DNA of 64,000 bases from the NCBI GenBank assembly GCA_965222375.1, contig CBDCTZ010000012.1:160001-224000 (forward strand). Direction: 5' to 3'. The stretch's first letter is position 1. Each line of letters opens with the position of its first letter. Positions 1 through 8,908 of this stretch are shown here, in pieces. Source of the DNA: Polyangiaceae bacterium. Lineage in GTDB: Bacteria > Myxococcota_A > Polyangia > Polyangiales > Polyangiaceae. The position numbers and the translations under genes were made by a program. The notes below the pieces were generated by a model that saw only the letters and a list, made by a program, of their open reading frames with translations, was not told the origin of the DNA and did no database searches.

Positions 1-2
1 TT

Positions 3-515
3 GTCCTCGGGCTCGAGCACGCAGGAATCAACCGAGTCGGTCAGGCCATCGCCATCGGTGTCGGGATCGTCCGGGCAGCCGTCTTCATCCTTGAAGGAGT
101 TGAAGTTCTCGGGCTCGTCCGGGCAAGAATCCTCGGGATCCAGGTAGCCGTCGCCGTCCCGGTCGCCGGGGCGGGGCTTGAGCTTCTTCGGCATTTCCAC
201 GAAACCGCGCTCCGCGCAGTACTGCGGAGGCGACAGGAACAACGCCGCGCGAGCGTTGGGCTCTGCTCGCCATAGGTGGCGTTTGGCCTTCGAGATGAAA
301 CCCTGCTCCAGCTCGATGGAGGCAAACTTGAGATGGCTCTGAGCCAGGGCGAGCTCTCGAGGCGCGCAGCGAATGGCGCCGTTGGCCTCAGCTTGTTTGG
401 CGATCTTCTGAAGCCCCTCGATGTCGCCACGCACCTTGGGCGCCTGCCCGCAACCCGCGAACACGGTGAAGACGACGGCCACGAGTGCGAGCACCCGGCG
501 TGAGAGCAAGCTCAT
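3..515 (-). CDS. OmpA-family-type lipoprotein with thrombospondin type-3-like Ca-binding repeats (3'-truncated by window edge)
   Basis: Open minus frame from ATG 515 (ATGA overlap with upstream stop) runs off the left edge, so it is absent from the ORF track. Translation MSLLSRRVLALVAVVFTVFAGCGQ...AIRCAPRELALAQSHL...GDRDGDGYLDPEDSCPDEPENF..DEDGCPD shows a lipobox and DxDxDG/CPD repeats. The OmpA domain itself would lie outside the window. Confidence 0.75.
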   Translation of the reverse strand, partial: MSLLSRRVLALVAVVFTVFAGCGQAPKVRGDIEGLQKIAKQAEANGAIRCAPRELALAQSHLKFASIELEQGFISKAKRHLWRAEPNARAALFLSPPQYCAERGFVEMPKKLKPRPGDRDGDGYLDPEDSCPDEPENFNSFKDEDGCPDDPDTDGDGLTDSVDSCVLEPED

Positions 516-865
516 CGGCCGCCTCCCTGATGGGCGTCGCGAGTCAGCGTGATCGCCTTGTCGGCGTACTCCTCTGCCGTCTCTGCCAAGTTGGAAGCGT
601 CGCTGTAGTCGGCCTCTGCGGCTTCCGTCTGCGCTTTCGCCAAGTGTGCTCGAGCGTAGTAGTACTCATAGGGCGCGTACTCTTCGGCACCGAGCGCTTT
701 GGCTTCTTCGAGCTTGCTCGCTGCCGAATTCGCCTGGATTGCGTAGATGGTGTTGCCGCAACCGGTGGTCACCAGGCCGATGACCACGAGCGCCCAAGCG
801 CTCCGCCTCGATCCGTAGAGAAAACCCTGCGGAATGTTTCGATGTTTGCCCGTGTCTTCGCCCAT
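512..865 (-). CDS. DUF4398-like helical lipoprotein
   Basis: Lipobox VTTGC; AEEYAPYEY..A..HL.KA pattern; translationally coupled to the OmpA-type gene. Confidence 0.7.
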   Translation of the reverse strand: MGEDTGKHRNIPQGFLYGSRRSAWALVVIGLVTTGCGNTIYAIQANSAASKLEEAKALGAEEYAPYEYYYARAHLAKAQTEAAEADYSDASNLAETAEEYADKAITLTRDAHQGGGR

Positions 866-1009
866 CCGACGCCCTCGGCCCGAGGTCCGAAATCTCGCCT
901 CGCTGGGACGCTAGCAACGGGCGGATTATCCCGTCAACAACCGATGAAACGAGCCCCAAATCCCTCGTGCCCTGAGCAGGTTTTCAGCGTCGATTTTTGG
1001 TGGGTGGGC

Positions 1010-1070
1010 GCAAGGGCGGGGGTGAGGGCGGGCGCGGGCGTGAGGGCGAGCGCGGGCGTGGGCGTGGGCG
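1010..1070. repeat. Degenerate 6-bp tandem repeat (GGGCGY/GAGGGC type)
   Basis: gggcgcaagggcgggggtgagggcgggcgcgggcgtgagggcgagcgcgggcgtgggcgtgggc in intergenic DNA. Confidence 0.7.
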
Positions 1071-1072
1071 GT

Positions 1073-1440
1073 TGCCCCAGTTAGTTCACGACGGATCAGC
1101 TCTTTAGCAGCCACCTAAGCCAGCAGAGCGACCGGGGCCGGGGCCCGGAGCGAGGGGGCGCGGCGGGAAGTGACTCAGCTCCGCCCAGGGACGCCTGCGC
1201 TCTGTGGTGCAACCGCGTGCCGCGAAAACGACCCTTCCCCCGCAATCGGTACCCCGTGAGGCAGCGCAGGAGGCGCGCAGTACACGGATCGCACGCGAGG
1301 CCCCGTGGGTCCGGCGCTACTGGGCCTCGCAGGCCCACGCAAAAACATCCCACGCGCACCAGATTGTTCACGCGGCCTCGAGCCCACGCACAACCATCCC
1401 ACGTGCCCCAGCTAGTTCACGACGCGTCTGCCCTTTAGCA
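1073..1440. repeat. Dispersed 37-bp imperfect direct repeat plus 40-bp tandem repeat
   Basis: 1073-1109 vs 1404-1440 match 32/37; 1333-1372 vs 1382-1421 match 34/40; shared GTTCACG core (manual alignment). Confidence 0.75.
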
Positions 1441-1582
1441 AGACGCTACCCAGCACAAGCGCGCCAACTCCGCCTGCGAAGAACTCTCGATGACGGACTC
1501 CGCGCGCCATCCCCCAAACAACCAAAAGCAAAACGCGCCCGGGATGAGACCCGAGCGCGTTTTGGACCCGTAGGTAGGAGGC

Positions 1583-2215
1583 TTATAGCTGGCGGAATAC
1601 GCCGATGACTTTGCCGAGCAGCATGGTGGACTTGAAGTCCGTGGCACGCACGAGGATCGGCGCCATCTGAGCGTTGGCGGGCTGGAAACGGACATAGTCC
1701 CGCTCGGGGTAGTAGTACTTCACCGTGGCTTCATCACCGATGAGCGCGACTACGATGTCGCCGCGGTCGGCCGTGGCCTGCTTTTTCACGAAGATGTAGT
1801 CCCCGCTGAAGATCCCAGCCTCGATCATGGAGTCACCGGTGACTTTGAGGCCGAAGACGTCGCGGCCGCCCCGAACCATCATGCGGTCGACGCGCACGCT
1901 GTCGACGACCTGCTCTTCCGCGAGCAGGGGCAGGCCAGCTGCTACGCGGCCGAGCACCTTGATCTCGATGAGATCGTCGTCGGACGTTTGAGCGGGAGTG
2001 TCGTCGTGGACCAACTTGAGGGCGCGACTCTTCATGTCCTCGCGGCGCAAGTAGCCTTTGCGCTCGAGAGCACGCAGATGGTCGTTGACGCCATTCGTGC
2101 TCTTGATGCCCATGTGTTCACCGATTTCTCGGAGGGTGGGCGGATAGCCTCGCTCGTGGATGGAGCTGCGGATGAAAGAAAGAGTCTGTTCCTGGCGCTT
2201 CGTGAGACCTTGCAT
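1583..2215 (-). CDS. lexA: SOS transcriptional repressor LexA
   Basis: [26 protein letters not shown] winged HTH; VAAG cleavage site; GDSM (Ser) and ATVK (Lys) dyad. Start placed at MQGLTKRQ (2215) rather than 2266. Confidence 0.95.
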   Translation of the reverse strand: MQGLTKRQEQTLSFIRSSIHERGYPPTLREIGEHMGIKSTNGVNDHLRALERKGYLRREDMKSRALKLVHDDTPAQTSDDDLIEIKVLGRVAAGLPLLAEEQVVDSVRVDRMMVRGGRDVFGLKVTGDSMIEAGIFSGDYIFVKKQATADRGDIVVALIGDEATVKYYYPERDYVRFQPANAQMAPILVRATDFKSTMLLGKVIGVFRQL

Positions 2216-2224
2216 GACCCCAAC

Positions 2225-2244
2225 ACGATACTGAACGGGTGTAG
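2225..2244 (-). promoter_or_regulatory. Putative LexA operator abutting the -10 element of lexA
   Basis: Minus strand reads CTACAC-CC-GTTCAG (2244-2231), directly followed by TATCGT and then 9 nt to the ATG. Confidence 0.55.
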
Positions 2245-2387
2245 GCCCGTCAAATTCTGTGCCCATGTTGTGGAAGGCTTTGTGAAAAGCTGGGTACTTT
2301 CGGCGACTTACATGGTCCTACAAAAGCCCACCCCGCAGGCGGTTCCGCCACCCCGCCAACAAAAACCACCACTTGGGCATCAACCTT

Positions 2388-2396
2388 TTATCCACA
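2388..2396 (+). promoter_or_regulatory. Perfect DnaA box
   Basis: TTATCCACA in the lexA upstream intergenic region; near matches TGTGAAAAG at 2281-2289 and TGTGGAAGG at 2269-2277. Confidence 0.45.
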
Positions 2397-2551
2397 GCTG
2401 TCAACTCTGTTCACCGTGCACATCGGACCACTGGCCGCCAATGCACCCCTGATCACGGATTCCGGGAGGGATGTTCCGTGTTAGCGCAACTCATGATTCG
2501 GCGGGTGCGCGCCACGCGCCGAGTTGCCGCCTGTAGGCACCTCGCGTGGCG

Positions 2552-3016
2552 TTAGAACTTGCCGGTGATGCTCAGGAAGGTGAGCTTGTCAGTGGTGTCG
2601 CGCAGGCGACCGACGAGCATGCGCACGAAGCTCCAGAGGACTTCGTAGGCCAGGTCTTTGTGCAAGAAGAGCAGATCGTCGAAGGCGTCTTTGGGGATCG
2701 CGAGCACCCGGCAGCGTTCGTGGACGCGTGCGTCGGCGCTACGCGGAGACTCGTCCAATAGCGCCATCTCCCCGAAAATCTCGCCGGGCCCGAGGATTGC
2801 CAGGGCTTCTTCGCCCATCCCGGGGACTTCCCGGCTGATGCGCACCCGCCCCTCGAGAATGAGGTATAGTTTGTCCCCGGCGTCGCCGTGCTGGAAGATC
2901 TTGGTACCCGACGTGTGCGCCTCTTCGGTCGCGATACGCGCGATCAGCTCAAGCGCTTGGGGCTTCAGCCCCTCGAACAGCGAGATCTTCTGGAGCTGTT
3001 CGACCCGTTCATTCAT
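2552..3016 (-). CDS. Stand-alone cyclic nucleotide-binding domain protein
   Basis: IFQHGDAGDKLYLILEGRV, FGEMALLDESPRSADA phosphate-binding cassette; no HTH. Confidence 0.9.
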   Translation of the reverse strand: MNERVEQLQKISLFEGLKPQALELIARIATEEAHTSGTKIFQHGDAGDKLYLILEGRVRISREVPGMGEEALAILGPGEIFGEMALLDESPRSADARVHERCRVLAIPKDAFDDLLFLHKDLAYEVLWSFVRMLVGRLRDTTDKLTFLSITGKF

Positions 3017-3075
3017 GAAGCGCCGAGCTTAGCTGGGTTTTGCCTGGAGCGGAACTTATCCGAATTGTCCTAGCT

Positions 3076-4011
3076 TCAGCGGGTGAAGCGGACACGGATG
3101 GGGGGGGTGCTCTTGACGGTGGGTTTGCCGTTGGCGTCGAGGCCTGGTGTGTAGCGCTTGCGCATGGCGCAGCTGCGCGCCAAACGTCCGAAGCCGTGGC
3201 CGGGATCGGATAGCACGGAGACCCGCTTGGCTCGGCCATTGGTACCCACGGTCACCGCCAGGGTGACGATGCCGTAGTCCACCTGGTCCATATCGGCTTC
3301 CGGGGGGAAACCGCAGTCATTCCAGCTGCCGCCGCCCAAGAGCCCCGCGGGTCGGCTGAGCTTCTTCTTGGGTCGACCGGATGGTTTGCCGGTGCCGGGC
3401 TTGGTGCCCTTGCCGCCAGGTACGCCGCCCTTCTTCGCTTTGCGATTACGCACGGCGGTCTTGCTGGTGCCGTCGGATGCGGTGGTGCCTCCGGCGTAGC
3501 GATCTCCACTGCCGGTGACGAAACCTTTGTCCGTGAGATCCAAGGGCGCGTCGGGATCTGGTTCGGCGGTGAGCACTTTGCCCGCCTCGGCGGCCTCTGG
3601 CGGGTTGTCGACGTAAGGATTGTCCGACGAGGGCTCTTCCTCAGCTTCTTGTTTGACGACGGGTTTGTCTTCTTCTTCGGGCTCGGGCAGAGGCTCTTCA
3701 GGCACTTCCGCCTCCGGCGCTGGTTCCATGTCCACGGCAAAGGTTGCGGCCATGCGCTCGGTGACACCTTGATCCACGATGGCGGCAAAGCGTGACAGAT
3801 GAACCAACGTCCTGAGGCCTCTGGCACCAGCGGCACCATGCACGAAGAGTGCGCCAGCCAGGCCAATTAGGATGCCGACACGCACCTGGCGCCGACCCAG
3901 AGCAAAGATGGGAGCTAGAGGGTCGGTGGATCCCGGTTGCCGCATCGCCTTGCCCACTGCCTTTTCGGCGCGGCGCTCGGAGCTGGGGCTGTCGGTATCG
4001 AGCAGGGTCAT
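3076..4011 (-). CDS. TonB-family energy transducer
   Basis: TM with SxxxH-like His (ALFVHG), Pro/Glu-rich linker, C-terminal TonB_C-like domain (GIVTLAVTVGTNGRAKRVSVLSDPGHGFG); downstream of exbBD. Confidence 0.85.
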   Translation of the reverse strand: MTLLDTDSPSSERRAEKAVGKAMRQPGSTDPLAPIFALGRRQVRVGILIGLAGALFVHGAAGARGLRTLVHLSRFAAIVDQGVTERMAATFAVDMEPAPEAEVPEEPLPEPEEEDKPVVKQEAEEEPSSDNPYVDNPPEAAEAGKVLTAEPDPDAPLDLTDKGFVTGSGDRYAGGTTASDGTSKTAVRNRKAKKGGVPGGKGTKPGTGKPSGRPKKKLSRPAGLLGGGSWNDCGFPPEADMDQVDYGIVTLAVTVGTNGRAKRVSVLSDPGHGFGRLARSCAMRKRYTPGLDANGKPTVKSTPPIRVRFTR

Positions 4012-4448
4012 TTCTTTTCCGTATCGACGGGTACCCCCTCAGGTACGGGCGAGACCGCAAATGCGATCTTGGCAACCCCAGCGCGCTTCAACAAATCCAG
4101 CACGTGAATGACGCGCCCATGCTCGACTTTGCGGTCGGCGCGGATGACCGCACGCAATTCCTTGTTCTTTTCCCGGGCGGTTTTGGCCAGACTGCCCACG
4201 GCGTCGTCGTTCTTGACCACCTTGCCGTCGATCATGGTTTTTCCGTCCACGGTCAGCTCGACGCTGAAAATCTGCTGAACCTCCTCGCCGCTGGCTGCCT
4301 TGGGCAGATCCATGGGCATGCCGCGGGAAACGATGATTTTCGCCGTAACCATGAAGATGATGAGGAGCACCAGGGTGACGTCCACCAGGGGGGTCACGTT
4401 GATGCCGCTGATCAGGCCTTCTTCGTCTTCTCCGCCGGCGGCTGACAC
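4008..4448 (-). CDS. exbD: Biopolymer transporter ExbD/TolR
   Basis: INVTPLVDVTLVLLIIFMVTA; IRADRKVEHG. Confidence 0.93.
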   Translation of the reverse strand: MSAAGGEDEEGLISGINVTPLVDVTLVLLIIFMVTAKIIVSRGMPMDLPKAASGEEVQQIFSVELTVDGKTMIDGKVVKNDDAVGSLAKTAREKNKELRAVIRADRKVEHGRVIHVLDLLKRAGVAKIAFAVSPVPEGVPVDTEKK

Positions 4449-4451
4449 AGC

Positions 4452-5201
4452 TTAGTCCTCACCCTCGTCGTCGTCCGCCGGCGGGGGGGCCGACTCGCCG
4501 GCCGAGAGCTGCGGGCCAGCCGCCGTTCGGTAGGCGCTGCCTGTCTCGACCGCCACCAAGTGCGCGAGCAACACGCGGGTGAGCGCTTCGGTATTGGCCA
4601 GGACGCTCTTGGCCTGGCGTTGGAACACGTTGTACATGGCCACGGCTGGGATGGCGACGGCTAGGCCAATAGCTGTGGCGACGAGAGCCTCGGCGATGGC
4701 GTACATCACTTCTTGCGGAGCCATGGCGCTTGCAGCCGCGGCTGCGGTTGCGGAAGCGTCCTGCCGCCCCAAGGCTTCGAAGGCCTGAACGACGCCGATT
4801 ACGGTTCCGAACAGCCCGATGAACGGAGCGTTGTTTCCAAGCGTACCGAGATACGCTAACCGCCGTTCCAACTTCATACGTTGCAGCGCGGCGGCACCCT
4901 TCATGGCTTCTTCGGCGGCCTTGGCACCGCGGTCTGCTTCGAGCAAACCGGCACACACTACGGCCGCCTCCGCGCTGGGAGACTTCTCCATTCGCTGTCT
5001 GGCGCCCTCCATGTCGCCCGCGCGCAGAAGCTCACGCAACTGCGCAGCAAGCCCGGCAAGGTCGTCGCGCAAGGAGTAATAGAACCAAGCGCGTTCCAGC
5101 ATGACCGCTACGGAAATCACGCTGAGCACGACCAAGAGCCACATGACCCAGCCCGCGCCGAAGTTGGTCATCAGGCGTTGCAGCCACTCGACAAGATTCA
5201 T
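4452..5201 (-). CDS. exbB: MotA/TolQ/ExbB proton channel
   Basis: LGTLGNNAPFIGLFGTVIGV; IAEALVATAIGLAVAIPAV. Confidence 0.93.
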   Translation of the reverse strand: MNLVEWLQRLMTNFGAGWVMWLLVVLSVISVAVMLERAWFYYSLRDDLAGLAAQLRELLRAGDMEGARQRMEKSPSAEAAVVCAGLLEADRGAKAAEEAMKGAAALQRMKLERRLAYLGTLGNNAPFIGLFGTVIGVVQAFEALGRQDASATAAAAASAMAPQEVMYAIAEALVATAIGLAVAIPAVAMYNVFQRQAKSVLANTEALTRVLLAHLVAVETGSAYRTAAGPQLSAGESAPPPADDDEGED

Positions 5202-5371
5202 TGGAGCATTACCTCGTACTCACCCCGGGCCACCCGTCGGTGCCCGCAGAGCGAAATTCCTTCGTTCAGAATGTCTAAGACAAAAGCAACCTGCTCGTCA
5301 GGGGGCACGTGGCGTACCACGGATTGGGCCGCGGGGCCTACGCTCGAGCCTCTAAATACCGTGAAGTATTG

Positions 5372-6868
5372 TTAAATCTCGTGCGGCATGAGGTCGTGTG
5401 GCGAGCGAAAGAACTGCGTCGGCGAGTATTGGCGCAGGCACGAGACCCGGCGGGTGTAGATGTCGGCGTAGAGATTGACCTGCAGGCCGAAGCTACTCAT
5501 TTCGTGCTCCTCCTTCAAAAGGGAGCCCCAATAGGGGTGGAAGGCGGCGTCGACTTGCTCGACGAGGGAGTTGTGCTCCTGGTCCACGCGCCGCATCTCC
5601 GCGCGAATTCGCTCGATGGCCTTCTTCACCCGGCTGCGCTCGGCCGCCGTGTCGGCCTTGCTGCCGTTGCTGCTACGAGACAGTTCTTTGAAGCGACTTT
5701 GATAGAAGCGGAGCTCATCCTCGAGGCTGTCGCGAACTTCGTACAACTCTCGCACGCGAGACATTTCTAGGATGCTGGACTCCAGAGCGGCGATCTCCGC
5801 GTCCAGCTCTTGCAGGATGAGCACGGTGCGCCAAGAGGACTCTTTCTTCGAACGCAGGATGTCACCGTAGATGTGGTCGCCAACGTAGAGCACGCTAGAG
5901 CCAACCACGCCGGTCAAACGCTCGAAGTCTCGTAGGTTGCCGCCTTCGTAGACGTGACCTCGCTCCAAAGTCTTCGCTTTGCGCAGCACTTCGCCGTCTC
6001 GTTCCATGAAGGGATTGCCGTTTTCAAACCAGGACGGCTTCTGGGATGCACAGATTGATATGTCGAAGTAGTTCCGCCAGTTCGGGTACTCGGGCATTGC
6101 CGACCCGAGCAGGAACGTCATCATCTGTTCGGTGTAACCCGCGGGCGAATTGGTCAGCAGGAATAGCTTCTTTCCCGAGGAGCGTAGCTTGTGCAGGGTG
6201 CGCGCGAGCTCTGGGTCACGATCGACGTAGCGCGCGAGATTGCCCGTCACGTGCTTGTAGACCGAGCCGTCCCGGTGGGCCTCGTCGATGGCGGCGCGCA
6301 CATCCCCGAACAACTTGGCGAAATCCACGCGTTCGCCCTCTTGCTCCAGGGCCGACACAATCGCCGCGAAGGCGGTCACTTCCGAGAGCGCGAAGAGGGT
6401 ATCGATCCAGTGATAGCGCGGCGTGTGGGGTCGGATCCGCTTGTGGTGGTAGAGTTCCAACAGCTGCTCGCGGCTGAGCCGAGTCTGCCCGTGGTACCCC
6501 TTCAGCACCACCTTGTGGCGATCCATCTTGAGCACGTGCCCAAACTTCTTGTCGATCAAGAGGCCGCGGATCGGAAAGCGGGTGTCGTAGGAGAGGCGCC
6601 GCAAGTAGCGCGGATAGCCTCGGCGAATCAAACGCTCCACGGTGAGCTCGACGCTCAGCGTGTCCATCTCTTGCTGGTTGTAGATGGCCAGCGTGTAGTC
6701 CATGTCGAAGCCGACCCACTCGATGCTGGACATGCGCAAATTTCGATTGACGAAGATGCGATCCTCGCGATGAATGCGCGACGGTTGTTCGTGCTCGTCT
6801 AAAACGCCGGGGATGGGAAGAACGAGCTGTCGGTCAGGAGAATGGCTTATGGACAACGTTCGATTCAC
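5372..6868 (-). CDS. HAD-IG family 5'-nucleotidase (cN-II type)
   Basis: GFDMDYTLA, LLTNS, KP, YVGDHIYGDI motifs. Confidence 0.92.
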   Translation of the reverse strand: MNRTLSISHSPDRQLVLPIPGVLDEHEQPSRIHREDRIFVNRNLRMSSIEWVGFDMDYTLAIYNQQEMDTLSVELTVERLIRRGYPRYLRRLSYDTRFPIRGLLIDKKFGHVLKMDRHKVVLKGYHGQTRLSREQLLELYHHKRIRPHTPRYHWIDTLFALSEVTAFAAIVSALEQEGERVDFAKLFGDVRAAIDEAHRDGSVYKHVTGNLARYVDRDPELARTLHKLRSSGKKLFLLTNSPAGYTEQMMTFLLGSAMPEYPNWRNYFDISICASQKPSWFENGNPFMERDGEVLRKAKTLERGHVYEGGNLRDFERLTGVVGSSVLYVGDHIYGDILRSKKESSWRTVLILQELDAEIAALESSILEMSRVRELYEVRDSLEDELRFYQSRFKELSRSSNGSKADTAAERSRVKKAIERIRAEMRRVDQEHNSLVEQVDAAFHPYWGSLLKEEHEMSSFGLQVNLYADIYTRRVSCLRQYSPTQFFRSPHDLMPHEI

Positions 6869-6897
6869 GATAGCCTGGATTGGCGGTAGCTCCCATA

Positions 6898-7980
6898 TTA
6901 CTGGGCAAAGCCCCGCAAAGCTCGAACTGGCCGCACACCAACTCCATGGCCGGCCGCGATGTGGTCAACGCTCAGGCGTGGGCCCTGGCGGCGAACGCCA
7001 CCGACGAAGGGCGGGTCTCGTACGAACAGAGCCGTGTCGAGATCGACGAATTCAAAGCCCCCGACCCCAGCGGCCAGGCACGCAGACACGCTCATCGCCA
7101 GGTCGGATTCCACCAAGCCGCCGATCATCAGCCTCAGGCCACAGCCTCGAGCAGCGAGGGCGAGATCCCAGGCCTCGATCACGCCGCTCTTCATGAGCTT
7201 GATGTTGACGACGTCCACGGCGCCGGTGAGCTTCGGCAGCTGCTCCGGTGAAGTGACGCTTTCGTCCGCTGCAACCAGGACGCCCGCTCGCCGCACTCTC
7301 GCCAGCCCATCTAGGTCGTCCTTTGCGGTGGGCTGCTCGAATAAGGCGACGCGAGTGACCTGGTCGCCCAGGCTCTGAAGCAGGGCCATGGCGGCTTCGG
7401 CGCTCAAGCTGGCGTTCGCATCCAGAATGAAGTCCGCTCCCGGCGCTGCATCGAACACTGCAGCTAGTCGCGCCGCATCGGTCTCTGCGGCTGCGCCGCC
7501 CACCTTGATCTTGATTGTCTCGAAGCCGTCCGCCACGGCGCGTCGCGCGGAAGCTGCGGCATGCTGCGGCGACCCGGTCACCACCGTGATGTCCGTGCAA
7601 AGCTCGGAGCAGGCTCCCCCGAAGTAGTGCCACAAACTTTCCCCGACGCGGCGCGTCTGGGCATCGAGACAGGCCATTTCGATCGCCGCCCGCGCGCTGG
7701 GGCTCGGACAGTCGCGCTTCAGCTGGGCCGCGATGTCCCGGATGCTTGCGTCGAGCCCGCACAGGCTCTCGGCCGCCTCGCGAATGCTGGCTAGGGCTGC
7801 CGCTTGGGTGTCGCCGTTGAAGGCCGGAAATGGCGCGGCTTCACCGAGCCCAATGCTGCCATCTGCAAGCTGCACACGCACCAACACATTGTCCGCCTGG
7901 GGTTGCGAGCCACCCGCGATGCCGAAGGCTTCCGTCAGCGATAGCGACAGAGGCTCGCACTGCACGTCGGCGATCTGCAT
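6898..7980 (-). CDS. Dipeptide (L-Ala-D/L-Glu) epimerase, enolase superfamily
   Basis: KIK, DAN, EQP, ADES, INIKLMK and DLD motifs. Confidence 0.88.
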   Translation of the reverse strand: MQIADVQCEPLSLSLTEAFGIAGGSQPQADNVLVRVQLADGSIGLGEAAPFPAFNGDTQAAALASIREAAESLCGLDASIRDIAAQLKRDCPSPSARAAIEMACLDAQTRRVGESLWHYFGGACSELCTDITVVTGSPQHAAASARRAVADGFETIKIKVGGAAAETDAARLAAVFDAAPGADFILDANASLSAEAAMALLQSLGDQVTRVALFEQPTAKDDLDGLARVRRAGVLVAADESVTSPEQLPKLTGAVDVVNIKLMKSGVIEAWDLALAARGCGLRLMIGGLVESDLAMSVSACLAAGVGGFEFVDLDTALFVRDPPFVGGVRRQGPRLSVDHIAAGHGVGVRPVRALRGFAQ

Positions 7981-8122
7981 GACGCCCTCCTAGCGCGGAT
8001 CCTCTGGGTTTTGAATGATGCCCCCTCCCTTGGCTCGCTCGGCTGCGGTGCGGCGTGCTCGGCTGTCGCCTGCGCCGCCGCGGCCCCCCAAACCTGCGCT
8101 CCGCGCAGCCGGGGGGCCCGAC

Positions 8123-8761
8123 CTACTTGATGCTGCCGCAGCAGATGAGGGCTGCGGTCGCAGGAATTCGACCGGATAGACCGGCCGTGAACATCGTGAG
8201 TTCGTCGCTGCCGAGCTGGCGATGGGTGACACCGGCGAAGGCACCGACGCCGTACTCACCGTGGGCGGCACCGGCCACGAAACCGCTTCCGCCGCTCTCC
8301 GCGCCAGAGCCGCTGACGAAGCTGGCCAACTCCGCGGACAGCGCGAGGGTGGCTCCCCAACCGACGCGCCCGCCGCCTTCGGGATCGAAGAGCAGTTCGC
8401 CCATGTTGCGCACGCCCAGTCGCGTGACGCGCCCATCCTGCGTGAATCTGAGGGGCAACACCGCTGTCTCGAAGTAGGGCCCGTGAATGGTGGGCGTGTC
8501 CCGGGTGACGTCGACCCGATAGCCGGCCCCCACGTCCAGCTTGCGCGAGAGCTGCGAACGGAAGAGTTGCTGGGGGTGCAGAGCGCCGCGAAGCACTACT
8601 TCTCGCTCGGGCGCCTTGGGCACGGCTTGACCCGGCTCTTGCCGCGCCCCGGTGCCGGAACCCGAAACCGATGCTTGAGCCGGCGGTACTGCCACAGGCA
8701 GGCAACCTGCAGGCAAGACTAGGGCGGCGGGGCCAATCGCGACAAAGCTCTGGAAGCGCAT
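8123..8761 (-). CDS. Hypothetical lipoprotein (beta-strand rich)
   Basis: Lipobox LPAGC; same strand as neighbours. Confidence 0.6.
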   Translation of the reverse strand: MRFQSFVAIGPAALVLPAGCLPVAVPPAQASVSGSGTGARQEPGQAVPKAPEREVVLRGALHPQQLFRSQLSRKLDVGAGYRVDVTRDTPTIHGPYFETAVLPLRFTQDGRVTRLGVRNMGELLFDPEGGGRVGWGATLALSAELASFVSGSGAESGGSGFVAGAAHGEYGVGAFAGVTHRQLGSDELTMFTAGLSGRIPATAALICCGSIK

Positions 8762-8774
8762 GGCGGGTCGGCAC

Positions 8775-8790
8775 GCAATGCTGGTGCCAA
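8775..8790 (-). promoter_or_regulatory. Sigma-54 (-24/-12) promoter
   Basis: Minus strand TTGGCAC-CAGCA-TTGC with correct GG-N10-GC spacing, just upstream of ATG 8761. Confidence 0.55.
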
Positions 8791-8908
8791 GGAACGAAAT
8801 CGCCCCGCCGCCCTAGATTGTGGGGCGTTGAGGGTTCCGGCCACGGCCGCGGGATTGAGGGTGACGCCCTCGGGTCACACCCAGCTACAGCGCGTCGTTC
8901 ACGCAGGG

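Noticed and set aside
41..430. ORF-track minus ORFs 41..430 and 85..273
   Set aside because: Wrong frames; the real gene is the open frame from 515 running off the window edge
1073..1440. CRISPR array, dif site or integron attC
   Set aside because: Only 2-3 degenerate copies with irregular spacing; no cas or integrase; no match to XerC/D arms
3076..5201. AglRQS gliding motor
   Set aside because: Only one ExbD/TolR plus a TonB; cannot be distinguished from an ordinary Ton system by eye
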